Of a DNA stretch of 41,238 nucleotides, positions 9,101 to 18,353 are shown piece after piece; position 1 is the stretch's first letter; every line of letters begins with the position of its first letter. A program made the translations under genes and the position numbers. Origin of the DNA: Rubrobacter sp. (GTDB taxonomy: Bacteria; Actinomycetota; Rubrobacteria; Rubrobacterales; Rubrobacteraceae); assembly GCA_036519935.1 (NCBI GenBank), contig DATDKO010000129.1, positions 1 through 41,238 on the forward strand. Reading direction: 5' to 3'. The notes beneath the pieces are model-generated. The model ran no database searches and was not told where the DNA came from. It saw only the letters and a program-made list of their open reading frames with translations.

Positions 9101-9982
9101 GTGACAGACCTAAAGAAGGCGGCCATCTTTACGGAGGTCTCTTTGATGCTAGCCGCCGTCTTCTGGGGCGCCAACTACGCGGCGACGAAGTACGCGGCCG
9201 AGTTCATGCCTCCACTGCTCATCGTGGCCTTACGCTTCACAGCAGGCGGTATCTTGATGTTCTGCCTCCTCCGCATCCTGGAGCCAGCGGACAGGCTCAA
9301 ACCGAAAGACCTTCTCTCCGTGGCGGGCCTGGGGTGCCTCGGGGTGGCGATCGGCCAGACAGCTTTCACCTTCGGCGTGAGCATGACCAGTGCTGCCAAC
9401 ACCGGTCTCATCTTCGCCACTGCCCCCATCTGGGGACTGTTCCTGAGCCTGATGCTCGGGTTGGAGAGGCCCACGCGGAGGGGCATGGTGGGCGTGGGGC
9501 TTTCGATCCTGGGTGTCGGCATCGTCTTCTACGAGGGCCTCGGGACCGAGGGTACGAGCCTGGCCGGAGATCTCTTCGTGCTCGTGGCGGCGATGGCGTT
9601 CGGGAGCTACACCGTACTCTCGATGCCGGTGCTGGAGCGTCACTCGCCGCTGGCGGTGGCGACCTACTCCTTGCTCTTCGGGGGGCTGGTCGTCCTGCTG
9701 CTCTCTTCACCGTACCTTACCGGTTTGGAGTGGGGGAGCGTCGGCATCGGAGCATGGGCGGCTGTGGGCTTCTCGGCGGTCTTCGCCACCGCTTTCTCCT
9801 TCTCGGCCTGGCAAAGGGGCGTATCCCGCATCGGGGCCAACAGAGTTCTGGTCTACCAATATTTGATCACCATCACGGGGGTTGCCTCAGGCATCGTCTT
9901 CTTTAGCGAGGTGCTCGGGATCGAGAAGCTCGTAGGCGGGGCGGTCATACTCGTGGGTATATACCTGGCCCGGCGCCAGTGA
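9101..9982 (+). CDS. DMT/EamA family transporter
   Basis: About 10 hydrophobic helices in two repeats; FWGANY, LRF, P(I)W and G(D)L motifs. Confidence 0.9.
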   Translation: MTDLKKAAIFTEVSLMLAAVFWGANYAATKYAAEFMPPLLIVALRFTAGGILMFCLLRILEPADRLKPKDLLSVAGLGCLGVAIGQTAFTFGVSMTSAANTGLIFATAPIWGLFLSLMLGLERPTRRGMVGVGLSILGVGIVFYEGLGTEGTSLAGDLFVLVAAMAFGSYTVLSMPVLERHSPLAVATYSLLFGGLVVLLLSSPYLTGLEWGSVGIGAWAAVGFSAVFATAFSFSAWQRGVSRIGANRVLVYQYLITITGVASGIVFFSEVLGIEKLVGGAVILVGIYLARRQ

Positions 9983-10120
9983 TGGGTGGGGGACGTTCAC
10001 GGATCCAAGTGCCGCGAAAGATCGGTACCGAGCGCGGCCGTTCTCAGCAGAGAGTTCAGCAGAGAGAACTCAGATGAGGCAAGCACAACATTGTCCAACT
10101 CGCTCCAGAACTGCAAGAAT

Positions 10121-10504
10121 TTAACGGGGTGCGTGGTTCTGGCTCTTTTTCGTGCCTGTCGAATTGACCGATGATCCATAAGAAGTATTCTCCAGACCGA
10201 AGCTGAAAATGTAGGCACGTGCCGAACCGTCATCCTCCAGCTTGCCGGCTTCGATCCCAGCGAAACCTGCTCTTGACACGGCTTCGACCCACCGGGTAGC
10301 AAGAACCGCGCTGGTACCAGCGCACGCGATAACCGCGACGATCGAGACGAGCATAGCCATGCCCAGCAACCCTGCGCCCGTGAACGTTCCTCTACGCCTG
10401 TGGCGTGAGATATCCACTACTGCTGCAAGCCAGAGGGCTACTATCGTGAAGGTCAACAAAGGCCACAAGGCATACTCGAGAACAGAAGTCGCCGGAGCAT
10501 CCAT
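10121..10504 (-). CDS. Small hypothetical membrane protein (possibly degraded)
   Basis: Two hydrophobic segments; starts 6 bp after the GntR stop; less GC3-biased and the 3' end looks degenerate. Confidence 0.35.
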   Translation of the reverse strand: MDAPATSVLEYALWPLLTFTIVALWLAAVVDISRHRRRGTFTGAGLLGMAMLVSIVAVIACAGTSAVLATRWVEAVSRAGFAGIEAGKLEDDGSARAYIFSFGLENTSYGSSVNSTGTKKSQNHAPR

Positions 10505-10510
10505 GCTACA

Positions 10511-11266
10511 TCAGGTCCTCGTTTGCGAGGTGATCCGGTCCCCCATTGTTCTGGGGACGGCCTGACGGTAGACCTCGTAAGCCATCTGTAGGTGTTCCTT
10601 CATCCGCATCCGGGCCAGCGCCTCGTCCTGGTCGAGGATGGCTTCGTAGATCAAGCGATGTTGATCTTGAGAGACCTGCTTCGCCTCAGGCAAGACGTAT
10701 CGCTCGGCCAGCGTACTGATCGTCATACAAATAGATAGCATGAACAAACTCAGCAGCCTGTTCTTGGAAGCGCTCGCGATAGCCCTGTGGAACGTTATGT
10801 CCGGGAAGTAAGCTTCAAAGTCCTTGTCCTCGTCGCTCTCGATGATCCTCCGCATCATCGCGAGATCCTGCTCCGTTCGCCGGGTGGCGGCCATGTCCAC
10901 CGACAGGATCTCTATGGCCTCCCTGGCCGACCACAGCTCCTCCAGCGTCAACTCGTCCGTGTCCAGCAGCAAGGTTATAGAGTCCGTCAGGTACTCCGCT
11001 ACCCCGACGTCGTCTAGCGACTTGACGAATGTTCCCCCTGTGGGTCCCGTCGAGCTCTCCAGCACGTTGAGCGCCTCAAGGACCTTGAGAGCCTCCCGCA
11101 CCGTCGGCCGGCTGACCCCGAGGGAGCGCGCCAGATCCGTCTCCGGAGGCAGCCTGTCGCCCGGACGCAGCTCCCCGGAAGAGATCTCGCCACGTACATG
11201 GGCGATTATTTGCTCATAGGACTTGCGTGCCTTCCGCGTTCCGTTCAGGCTCTCTTCTCCCGTCAT
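10511..11266 (-). CDS. GntR family transcriptional regulator, FadR subfamily
   Basis: LRPGDRLPPETDLARSLGVSRPTVREAL wHTH; FCD domain with D..FH..I..AS.N and H..I..AI...D motifs; ATG 11266. Confidence 0.92.
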   Translation of the reverse strand: MTGEESLNGTRKARKSYEQIIAHVRGEISSGELRPGDRLPPETDLARSLGVSRPTVREALKVLEALNVLESSTGPTGGTFVKSLDDVGVAEYLTDSITLLLDTDELTLEELWSAREAIEILSVDMAATRRTEQDLAMMRRIIESDEDKDFEAYFPDITFHRAIASASKNRLLSLFMLSICMTISTLAERYVLPEAKQVSQDQHRLIYEAILDQDEALARMRMKEHLQMAYEVYRQAVPRTMGDRITSQTRT

Positions 11267-11549
11267 GCCACAGATCACTTCGCAGTGGTGCAACACTAAT
11301 TGTAAGGTAAGTGCTTCGTTACTGTACAAGCCCACCGCATTTTTGTCTTTGCCGCTTCTCCCACCGTCCCACGAGCCGCTCCATGAGACCAGACACCGAT
11401 GAAGCACGAATGAATGGGCGATGGATCTCCAGCACGGCGGCGCGCTCAACACCAGGTGCAGCGAGATTCTCAGCTTCTACCCGGCCTTTCCTGCGGCGAT
11501 GAGGCACCTGGCCACTTCGGGGCACGGGACGAGCAGTTTGCAGGAGTAT

Positions 11550-11582
11550 TTGTTTGACAAATTATCGGCGTTTGGCTATCGT
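11550..11582 (+). promoter_or_regulatory. Sigma-70-type promoter of the MFS-SDR operon with an overlapping FadR-type operator
   Basis: TTGACA (11554-11559), 17 bp, TATCGT (11577-11582); the imperfect palindrome TTGTTTGACAA (11550-11560) overlaps the -35. Confidence 0.65.
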
Positions 11583-11674
11583 GCCTCTTGGGTGTTTGGG
11601 GTTTAGCGACGTAGGGCGGTGTTCGGCGCTAGGCCACCGGACCATGGGCTGATGGATCAAGGAGGACGGTTGAG

Positions 11675-13051
11675 ATGAGTGAACGACCAAGTCAGCCGGG
11701 TGAGGGCTCTGTCGGAGGGACGGTAGAGGGGATACAGACTACCTTCTCTACGCGTGAACTGGTCTACCCCTCGATCATAGCTTTCCTCGCCTGGGTTGTC
11801 TGCGTCTACGACTACATAATGTTCGGGACGCTTCTGCCGAAGATGGCGGATGACTTCGGCTGGGCGACCGCGACGAGCACCGCGATCGCGACCATTGTGT
11901 CGATCGGGACCTTCTTCGTAGCCATCTTCGTGGGCCCGATGATCGACTACGTCGGTCGAAAGAGGTCGCTGATCATTACCACGGCCGGCACGGGTCTTAG
12001 CTCCCTCCTGACGGGATTGACCCCTGGGGTGTTTTCGGCGCCTTACCTGTCGGTCATCCGGGCCATCTCCGGCCTTGGCTATTCCGAGCAGGCGGTCAAT
12101 ACCACCTACCTCAATGAGCTCTACGGTAACCGGAAGAGCCGGGGGTTCATATACGCCTTCATACAGGGCGGGTGGCCTATAGGAGTGCTGCTCGCGTCGG
12201 CCTTTACGGCGCTGTTGCTGGCGTCGGTCGGATGGCGCGGCGTTTTCATGCTCGCCACCATACCGGCGCTCATAGTCGCGGCTCTCGGCCTCAGGCTCAA
12301 GGAGTCGCCCAGGTTCCTGGCCATGCAGCGGGTCCGGCAGCTCGAGAAGGAGGGCCGGCACGAGGAGGCCGTCGAGTTCGGCCGGCACTTCGACATCGAC
12401 GTGCATCACGTGCAAGAGACGACCCTGCAGCAGATCTTCGAGCCGGACATCCGGCGGCACACGATCTTCCTCTCCCTCGCCTTCCTTACCAACTGGATCG
12501 GCATTCAGGTCTTCGCCGTCCTCGGGACCACCGTGCTTACCGAGGGCAAAGGGGTCTCGTTCGGGAGCGCGCTGACAGTTCTCATTATCTCCAACGCGGC
12601 CGCTTACATCGGCTACCTCTGCCACGGGTTCGTGGGCGATCGCATCGGACGGCGCCTCACCATCGCCGGCGGCTGGGTGATATCCGGTCTCGCCTACTCG
12701 CTCATGCTGTTCGGGCCGAGTTCCGATACCTTCGTGCTGACGATGTACACGATCGGGCTCTTCTTCATCATCGGACCCTACGCGGCCCTGCTGTTCTTCA
12801 TGGGCGAGTCGTTCCCAACCAGGGTGCGCGGCACGGGCGCCTCGTTCGTGAACGCGATGGGCCCGATCGGGGCGATCGCCGGAGGGGCGTTGCTCACCGC
12901 GTTCCTCTCCGTGAGCGGGGAGAACATGGTGCTCTCCGCCTTCCTCAGCGGCGGTGTGGCGACCATCCTCTCCGGGCTCTTAATGCTGGGCACCCGGAAC
13001 GTGACCGACCCGCGCGAGGCCGAGTTGGTGGAGGGTTCTACCGCTACGTGA
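11675..13051 (+). CDS. MFS transporter (aromatic acid/sialate:H+ symporter-like)
   Basis: About 12 TM segments; motif A GPMIDYVGRK and GDRIGRR; KESPRF; ESFPTRVRGTG. Confidence 0.92.
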   Translation: MSERPSQPGEGSVGGTVEGIQTTFSTRELVYPSIIAFLAWVVCVYDYIMFGTLLPKMADDFGWATATSTAIATIVSIGTFFVAIFVGPMIDYVGRKRSLIITTAGTGLSSLLTGLTPGVFSAPYLSVIRAISGLGYSEQAVNTTYLNELYGNRKSRGFIYAFIQGGWPIGVLLASAFTALLLASVGWRGVFMLATIPALIVAALGLRLKESPRFLAMQRVRQLEKEGRHEEAVEFGRHFDIDVHHVQETTLQQIFEPDIRRHTIFLSLAFLTNWIGIQVFAVLGTTVLTEGKGVSFGSALTVLIISNAAAYIGYLCHGFVGDRIGRRLTIAGGWVISGLAYSLMLFGPSSDTFVLTMYTIGLFFIIGPYAALLFFMGESFPTRVRGTGASFVNAMGPIGAIAGGALLTAFLSVSGENMVLSAFLSGGVATILSGLLMLGTRNVTDPREAELVEGSTAT

Positions 13052-13086
13052 GGTGACCCGCGTTTCGAACGCTGAGGAAAGAAGCA

Positions 13087-13116
13087 AAGGGGCGCGCCGG
13101 ATCCGGCGCGCCCCTT
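13087..13116. repeat. Perfect 30-bp palindrome (intra-operon stem-loop)
   Basis: AAGGGGCGCGCCGGA|TCCGGCGCGCCCCTT. Confidence 0.85.
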
Positions 13117-13148
13117 CGTAGTAATGAGCCAGCGAAAGGAGGGCGACG

Positions 13149-13895
13149 ATGACGCCTGAACGCTCCCGGATCGCCCTGGTTACCGGGGCGGGAAGCGGGA
13201 TCGGCCGCGCCATCGCCGAGATGCTCGCGCAGAACGGCGAGCGAGTCGTCGTCAACGACCTGAACGGTGAGACCGCCGACGAGGTCGCCGCCGGGATAAA
13301 GGAGTCGGGCGGAGAAGCGGCAGCCGCCCCCGGCGACGTATCGGACGCGGAGTCCGTACAGCGGATCGTGGCGGCAACACACGAGGCTTACGGTTCTCCC
13401 GAGATCCTGGTGAACAACGCCGGATTTCTGCAGCAGAAGCGGTTCGTCGATTTGACGGTCGAGGACTTCGACCGGATGATCGCGGTGCACCTGCGCGGCA
13501 CGTTCCTGTGCACCCGCGCCGTGCTGCCCGAGATGCTCTCGCGGGGCAGCGGCATCATAGTCAACGTAGCTTCTCAGCTCGGCCAGATCGGTGGCATCGA
13601 GCTGTGCCACTATAGCTCTGCCAAGGCGGGGATCATTGGCCTGACGAAGTCGCTGGCCCGCGAGGTCTCGGCACAGGGCGTCAGAGTAAACGCGGTCGCG
13701 CCCGGACCCATCAACACCGAACTCGTCCTTGGCCTCTCCGAGGAGTGGCGTAACGCCAAGGCCGCCGAGCTTCCCCTGGGACGTTTCGGAGAACCGTGGG
13801 AGGTGGCCGAGACGGTCGCCTTTCTCGTCTCTGACGGGGCCGCGCTCTACGTTGGCCAGACGCTCGGTCCCAACTCCGGAGACGTGATGCTGTGA
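13149..13895 (+). CDS. Short-chain dehydrogenase/reductase (FabG-like)
   Basis: TGAGSGIG, NNAG, YSSAK, NAVAPG. Confidence 0.92.
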   Translation: MTPERSRIALVTGAGSGIGRAIAEMLAQNGERVVVNDLNGETADEVAAGIKESGGEAAAAPGDVSDAESVQRIVAATHEAYGSPEILVNNAGFLQQKRFVDLTVEDFDRMIAVHLRGTFLCTRAVLPEMLSRGSGIIVNVASQLGQIGGIELCHYSSAKAGIIGLTKSLAREVSAQGVRVNAVAPGPINTELVLGLSEEWRNAKAAELPLGRFGEPWEVAETVAFLVSDGAALYVGQTLGPNSGDVML

Positions 13896-13925
13896 GCGTG
13901 GCGGGTTCGAGAGGGAGTAACGCAC

Positions 13926-14693
13926 GTGGATAATCCGGAGAAGCCCACGACCCTGATCACCGGCGCCGGCATCGGGATCGGCGCAGCAACGGCCCGCGCG
14001 TTCGCGGACGCCGGCTACCGGGTGATCGTCACGGACATACTGGAAGGCGAAGGCAGATCGGTCGCCGGCGACATCGAGTCGGGCGGCGGCGAGGCCGAGT
14101 ACCGTCACCTGGACGTCACGAACACTGACGAGGTTGACGCTGTGGTATCGACCGTTCAGGACCGGTACGGGCCGCTGCACGCGGTCGTGGCCAACGCCGG
14201 GATCGCCCACCGGGTACCCCTCACCGAGCTGACGGACGAGAAGTGGGACCACACGCACGACGTGGATCTGAAGGGGGTAATGCGTGTCTGCCGGGCTGCG
14301 GCTCCGGCCATGAGGGCGGCCGGAAGAGGGAGCATGATCGCCCTCTCTTCCATCATGGGCGTCGCCTACGGGTGGGACAAGCACGTCCAGTACTCGGCGG
14401 CTAAGGCCGGCGTCGTGGGCCTCGTGCGCGGCCTGGCAGTGGAGCTCGCCGGAGACGGGGTGCGCGTCAACGGCATCGCGCCGGGCTACATCCGGACCGC
14501 CCAGGCGCTCTCCGAGGAGCACTCGCTGGGTCCCGAGGGGCTGGAGAGGGCCGCGGAGTTCATCCCGATGGGCAGGGTTGGTGAGCCCGAGGACGTCGCC
14601 GACGTGAGCGTGTTTCTGGCCTCGGAGGAGGCCCGCTACATCACCGGTCAGGTGCTCGTTGTGGACGGCGGGCTGCTCGTGGGCCGCTACTAA
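13926..14693 (+). CDS. Short-chain dehydrogenase/reductase
   Basis: TGAGIGIG, ANAG, YSAAK, VDGG. Confidence 0.92.
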   Translation: MDNPEKPTTLITGAGIGIGAATARAFADAGYRVIVTDILEGEGRSVAGDIESGGGEAEYRHLDVTNTDEVDAVVSTVQDRYGPLHAVVANAGIAHRVPLTELTDEKWDHTHDVDLKGVMRVCRAAAPAMRAAGRGSMIALSSIMGVAYGWDKHVQYSAAKAGVVGLVRGLAVELAGDGVRVNGIAPGYIRTAQALSEEHSLGPEGLERAAEFIPMGRVGEPEDVADVSVFLASEEARYITGQVLVVDGGLLVGRY

Positions 14694-14697
14694 GTAG

Positions 14698-15729
14698 TCA
14701 GGTCGAGATCATCTTCTTCTCCACGCCGACTCCGGCGGCAAGTGCCCGCTCGTACTCCAGCGGCACCGTCGCCGAGTCCTGGAGGGCGAACCCTGTCGAG
14801 TCGAAGACGGTGATGTCGCTGTCGGAGGTGCGTCCTTCGAGCTTGCCGGCGACGACCTGCCCGATCTCGCCCGCGATGTCGTCCTCAGAGATCACACCTT
14901 CCCGGAGGGGAACGTTGATCTCCCCGTCGGTCCGGCACTGGCGGATGTCGTCGACGAAGATGCGGGCTCGTTCGAGGATCTTGGGATCCAGCTCCTGATC
15001 GCCTTCCTTGTCCGCTCCCACGGCGGCGATGTGGGTGCCCTCGGAGATCCAACCGTTCTCGACGATCGGTCCCCTGGCCGGAGTGACGGTTACGACGACG
15101 TCCGCGCCGCGCACAATCTCCTCCAGATTGGTAGACGCCCTGATCTCGAAGTGGTCGTACTTTGGCTGCTGACTCTGCACGAAGTCGTCGAGGGTCGTTT
15201 GCGAGCGGCTCCAGACGCGCACGTCTTCCCACCGGAAGACCTCGTTGCAGGTTGCGAGGGTCCCTTCGGCCATGTTCCCAGCGCCGACGATGGCGAGAAC
15301 TTTGCTGTCCTGGCGCGCCAGGTGCTTCGCGGAGACAGCCGCGGCGGCACCGGTGCGCATCACAGTGTGGTAGCTCCCGTCGCAGATCGCCAGCGGGAAC
15401 CCGGTCTCGGGGTGGGTGTAGATGAGAATGGAGAAGACGGTAGGGAGGTCGAACCTGGCGCGGTTCTCCTCGCGGATAGAGACCCACTTGCAGGCCGCCG
15501 CCTCGGGTTCCTCGATGTAGGAGGGCATCACCTCCCACTCGCCCGGGTACTTGTCGAGCACGATGTGGCCCTTCGGTTCCATATAGTAGCGGCCCTCGCC
15601 GTGCATGCGGTAGGCGTGCTCGACGCAGGCATTGTACTCGTCCGGGGTGAGCAGGCCCATCATGTCGGTGCGGCTAAGGATCAGGGTCTTTCGGTTCCTC
15701 CAACTCTCCACAGGCTTCTTCCTTTCCAT
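14698..15729 (-). CDS. Ornithine cyclodeaminase/mu-crystallin family protein (imine reductase or Ala-dehydrogenase-like)
   Basis: MPSY, KWV, RTGAA, GAGNMA Rossmann loop, VGAD, DSTGFALQD. Confidence 0.9.
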   Translation of the reverse strand: MERKKPVESWRNRKTLILSRTDMMGLLTPDEYNACVEHAYRMHGEGRYYMEPKGHIVLDKYPGEWEVMPSYIEEPEAAACKWVSIREENRARFDLPTVFSILIYTHPETGFPLAICDGSYHTVMRTGAAAAVSAKHLARQDSKVLAIVGAGNMAEGTLATCNEVFRWEDVRVWSRSQTTLDDFVQSQQPKYDHFEIRASTNLEEIVRGADVVVTVTPARGPIVENGWISEGTHIAAVGADKEGDQELDPKILERARIFVDDIRQCRTDGEINVPLREGVISEDDIAGEIGQVVAGKLEGRTSDSDITVFDSTGFALQDSATVPLEYERALAAGVGVEKKMIST

Positions 15730-15768
15730 GTTAGACGCAGCTTCCGGTGAACCCGGGGGCGGACCGCT

Positions 15769-16215
15769 TCAGATATCGAGCTCTCGTAGTACACGCTCGG
15801 TTGCTTCCTGAAGAGCGGCGAGGTCTTGGGCGCTCCAGGCGCGGGGACCCGGAACGTAGTGGACCGAGATCACACCTATCAGGCCATCGTCGCGCACGAG
15901 GGGCGCGACCATCTGCGCCCTCACGCCGTAGAGCTCTATAAGCTCCGGTGGCGGGGCAGGATCCGCCGTCGAGCAATCCTCCTGCACGAGCGGTGTTCTC
16001 TGTTCTTCCAGGAACCTGATCGGCGAGGAGTCACGCAGGTTGCGTATCGAGGTATCGCCTCTGATCGAGTGGACGCCGGGCGCCAGGGCTTCTGCCACGA
16101 CCTCATCAAGCCCGGCGTCCTGATCCAGCAGGTCCAGACGCAGGGTCGTCCGGCTCGCGCCCGTTGATCTGAGAAGTTCTTCGAGTATCTCCCGAAACGG
16201 CGTACTTTCGGCCAT
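15769..16215 (-). CDS. Stand-alone GAF domain protein
   Basis: GASRTTLRL...YGVRAQMVAPL...LIGVISVH...PRAWS..D GAF signature; ATG 16215, 4 bp after the upstream stop. Confidence 0.8.
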   Translation of the reverse strand: MAESTPFREILEELLRSTGASRTTLRLDLLDQDAGLDEVVAEALAPGVHSIRGDTSIRNLRDSSPIRFLEEQRTPLVQEDCSTADPAPPPELIELYGVRAQMVAPLVRDDGLIGVISVHYVPGPRAWSAQDLAALQEATERVLRELDI

Positions 16216-16219
16216 GTCA

Positions 16220-16873
16220 CTACGCCGACGCGCCGGACTTCCGGGCCACGCTCTCGATGTAGGCCGAGGCGTCTTCGGAGGAGACGACATCGGCGTACTT
16301 GGCCTGGATGTCGAACAGGTTGGCCTCGTGCGGCTCCTGCGCCCGGTCGCCGACGCACTCGCGCGGGACGAGCGTCGGATAGCCGTACTGGAGGAGGTCT
16401 ATCGCCGTCGCCCGGATGCAGCCGCTCGTCGTCGCGCCGCACATGATGACCGTGTCAACGTGCTGAGAGACGAGGATCGAGGGTAGGTTCGTGCCGAAGA
16501 AGGCCGAGGCGCCCTTCTTGAGGATTACCGTCTCTTCTTCCCTGCGACCGAGACGCGGGTCTATCTCGACCCATTTGCCCCCGACCTGGAGTTCGGCAAG
16601 GCCGGGAGCCTTCTCGAGCCAGAGGGAGCCGTCTTTGAGGTTCTCCTCGAAGCCGATGGTGGTGAAGATGACCGGAAGTTCAGCCTCGCGCGCCACGTCG
16701 AGGAGGCCCCTCGTCGCTTCGACCTCTTTTGTGAGGTCCGCTCCCATGGCGCACTCGGGATCGGTGAAGCCACGGCTGAAGTCGACCACGAGCACAGCCG
16801 GGCGCGCGCCGAGCGTCACGCTCTGCCCGAGCCGGGCGCGCTGGTAGACCTCGCGCGTCTGTTCGCTGCTCAT
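16220..16873 (-). CDS. Isochorismatase-family cysteine amidohydrolase (maleamate amidohydrolase/N-carbamoylsarcosine amidase-like)
   Basis: PAVLVVDF, KKGASAFFGT, GATTSGCIRATAID (Asp-Lys-Cys triad), ECVGDR. Confidence 0.88.
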   Translation of the reverse strand: MSSEQTREVYQRARLGQSVTLGARPAVLVVDFSRGFTDPECAMGADLTKEVEATRGLLDVAREAELPVIFTTIGFEENLKDGSLWLEKAPGLAELQVGGKWVEIDPRLGRREEETVILKKGASAFFGTNLPSILVSQHVDTVIMCGATTSGCIRATAIDLLQYGYPTLVPRECVGDRAQEPHEANLFDIQAKYADVVSSEDASAYIESVARKSGASA

Positions 16874-16877
16874 GTGA

Positions 16878-18293
16878 TCACCCCGTCCTTCCGGGACCGC
16901 CGGGAAGCTCTTCACCGAAACGGGCGCGCCTCACGAACTTGCCGGCGCCGGGCTTCCCGACTAGCCTGTCGCCTTCCACTATGACCTGTCCCCGAACGAG
17001 CACCACCTCGGGGGCGCCGCTCACCTCCGTCCCCTCGAAGAGGTTGTAGTCTATATTCGAGTGGTGCGTCTCGGCGGAGATCTTCACCCGCTTCTCGGGG
17101 TCGAAGACGACGATGTCGGCGTCGCTCCCAACCGCGATGGTGCCTTTGCGGGGGTACATACCGAAGAACTTCGCCGGGTTGGTAGAGACGAGCTCGACGA
17201 AGCGGTTCATCGAGAGGCGGCCTTGCCGCACGCCGAAGTGGTGGAGCATGTGCAGGCGGTTCTCGATCCCCGGTCCGCCGTTGGGGATCTTGGAGAAGTC
17301 GTCCCTGCCGAGCGTCTTCTGGCCGTCCCAGTTGAACGGGCAATGGTCGGTGGAGACGACCGAGAGGACGTCGGTGGCGAGCGCGTGCCAGAGGTGCTCC
17401 TGGTTCTCCTTGGGCCGCGGCGGCGGCGTGTAGACGTACTTGGCTCCTTCGAAGTCCGGCTGATCTAGCGCCGTCTCGTCGATGAAGAGGTACTGAGTGC
17501 AAGTCTCGCCCCAGGCGTGCCAGTCGTTCGTGCGCGCCTGCGCGATCGGGTCGATCGCCTCCTTGCAGGAGACGTGGACGACGTAGAGTGGGGAGCCGGC
17601 GATCCGTGCGAGTTGTATAGCCCGGTTCGTGGCTTCGCCCTCCGTAATGGGAGGACGCGTCGCGGCGTGCCACTTCGGCTCGGTCTTCCCCTCCGCGAGT
17701 GCCTGCTTGACGAGGACGTCTATGGCGTCGCCGTTCTCGGCGTGCACCATCACGAGGGCTCCCGTCTCCGACGCGACCTGCATCGTCTTGAAAAGCGTCT
17801 CGTCGTCGACCATGATCGCACCCTTGTAGGCCATGAAGAGCTTGTAGCTCGTCACCCCCTCGTCCGGCGCCTTCCTGAGGTCTTCGAGCGTCCCGCCCTC
17901 TTCGAGGTCGGTGACCGCGAGGTGGAAGCCGACGTCGATCACCGGCTTGGCGCGTTCGATCTTCTCGTGCCACGTCGCGAGCGCGTCCGGGAGGCTCTGC
18001 CCCGGCTCCTGCAAACAGAAGTCGACGTGGCTCGTCGTGCCGCCGAAGGCCGCAGAGATCGTCCCCGAGGTGAAGTCGTCGCAGGAGACCGTCCCGCCGA
18101 ACGGCATCTCCATGTGGGTGTGCGGGTCGATCGCGCCCGGGATGACGTACTTGCCGCTCGCGTCGATCACCTTGTCGGCCTGCATGTCGAGCGACTCCCC
18201 GATGAGGGAGACCCTCTCGTCCTCGATGAATATGTCCCCCACGTAGTCGTCGGCGACGGTAACGATACGGCCGCCCTTGATCAGTACAGACAT
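16878..18293 (-). CDS. hydA: Dihydropyrimidinase/D-hydantoinase
   Basis: PGAIDPHTH, SYKLFMAYKG (carboxylated Lys), VHAENG, VVHVS, STDHCPF, IPNGGPGIE. Confidence 0.93.
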   Translation of the reverse strand: MSVLIKGGRIVTVADDYVGDIFIEDERVSLIGESLDMQADKVIDASGKYVIPGAIDPHTHMEMPFGGTVSCDDFTSGTISAAFGGTTSHVDFCLQEPGQSLPDALATWHEKIERAKPVIDVGFHLAVTDLEEGGTLEDLRKAPDEGVTSYKLFMAYKGAIMVDDETLFKTMQVASETGALVMVHAENGDAIDVLVKQALAEGKTEPKWHAATRPPITEGEATNRAIQLARIAGSPLYVVHVSCKEAIDPIAQARTNDWHAWGETCTQYLFIDETALDQPDFEGAKYVYTPPPRPKENQEHLWHALATDVLSVVSTDHCPFNWDGQKTLGRDDFSKIPNGGPGIENRLHMLHHFGVRQGRLSMNRFVELVSTNPAKFFGMYPRKGTIAVGSDADIVVFDPEKRVKISAETHHSNIDYNLFEGTEVSGAPEVVLVRGQVIVEGDRLVGKPGAGKFVRRARFGEELPGGPGRTG

Positions 18294-18353
18294 ACGCTCC
18301 TTGCACTCCTTTCTACAAACAATCCCGAGTTCTCTCCCTGACGAAGATATGCT

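Noticed and set aside
10044-10066. TCAGCAGAGAG twice with a 12-bp period
   Set aside because: Only two short copies; not a CRISPR or iteron array
11311-11606. Short ORFs in the GntR-MFS intergenic region
   Set aside because: No recognisable family; overlap promoter elements; at most a decayed fragment
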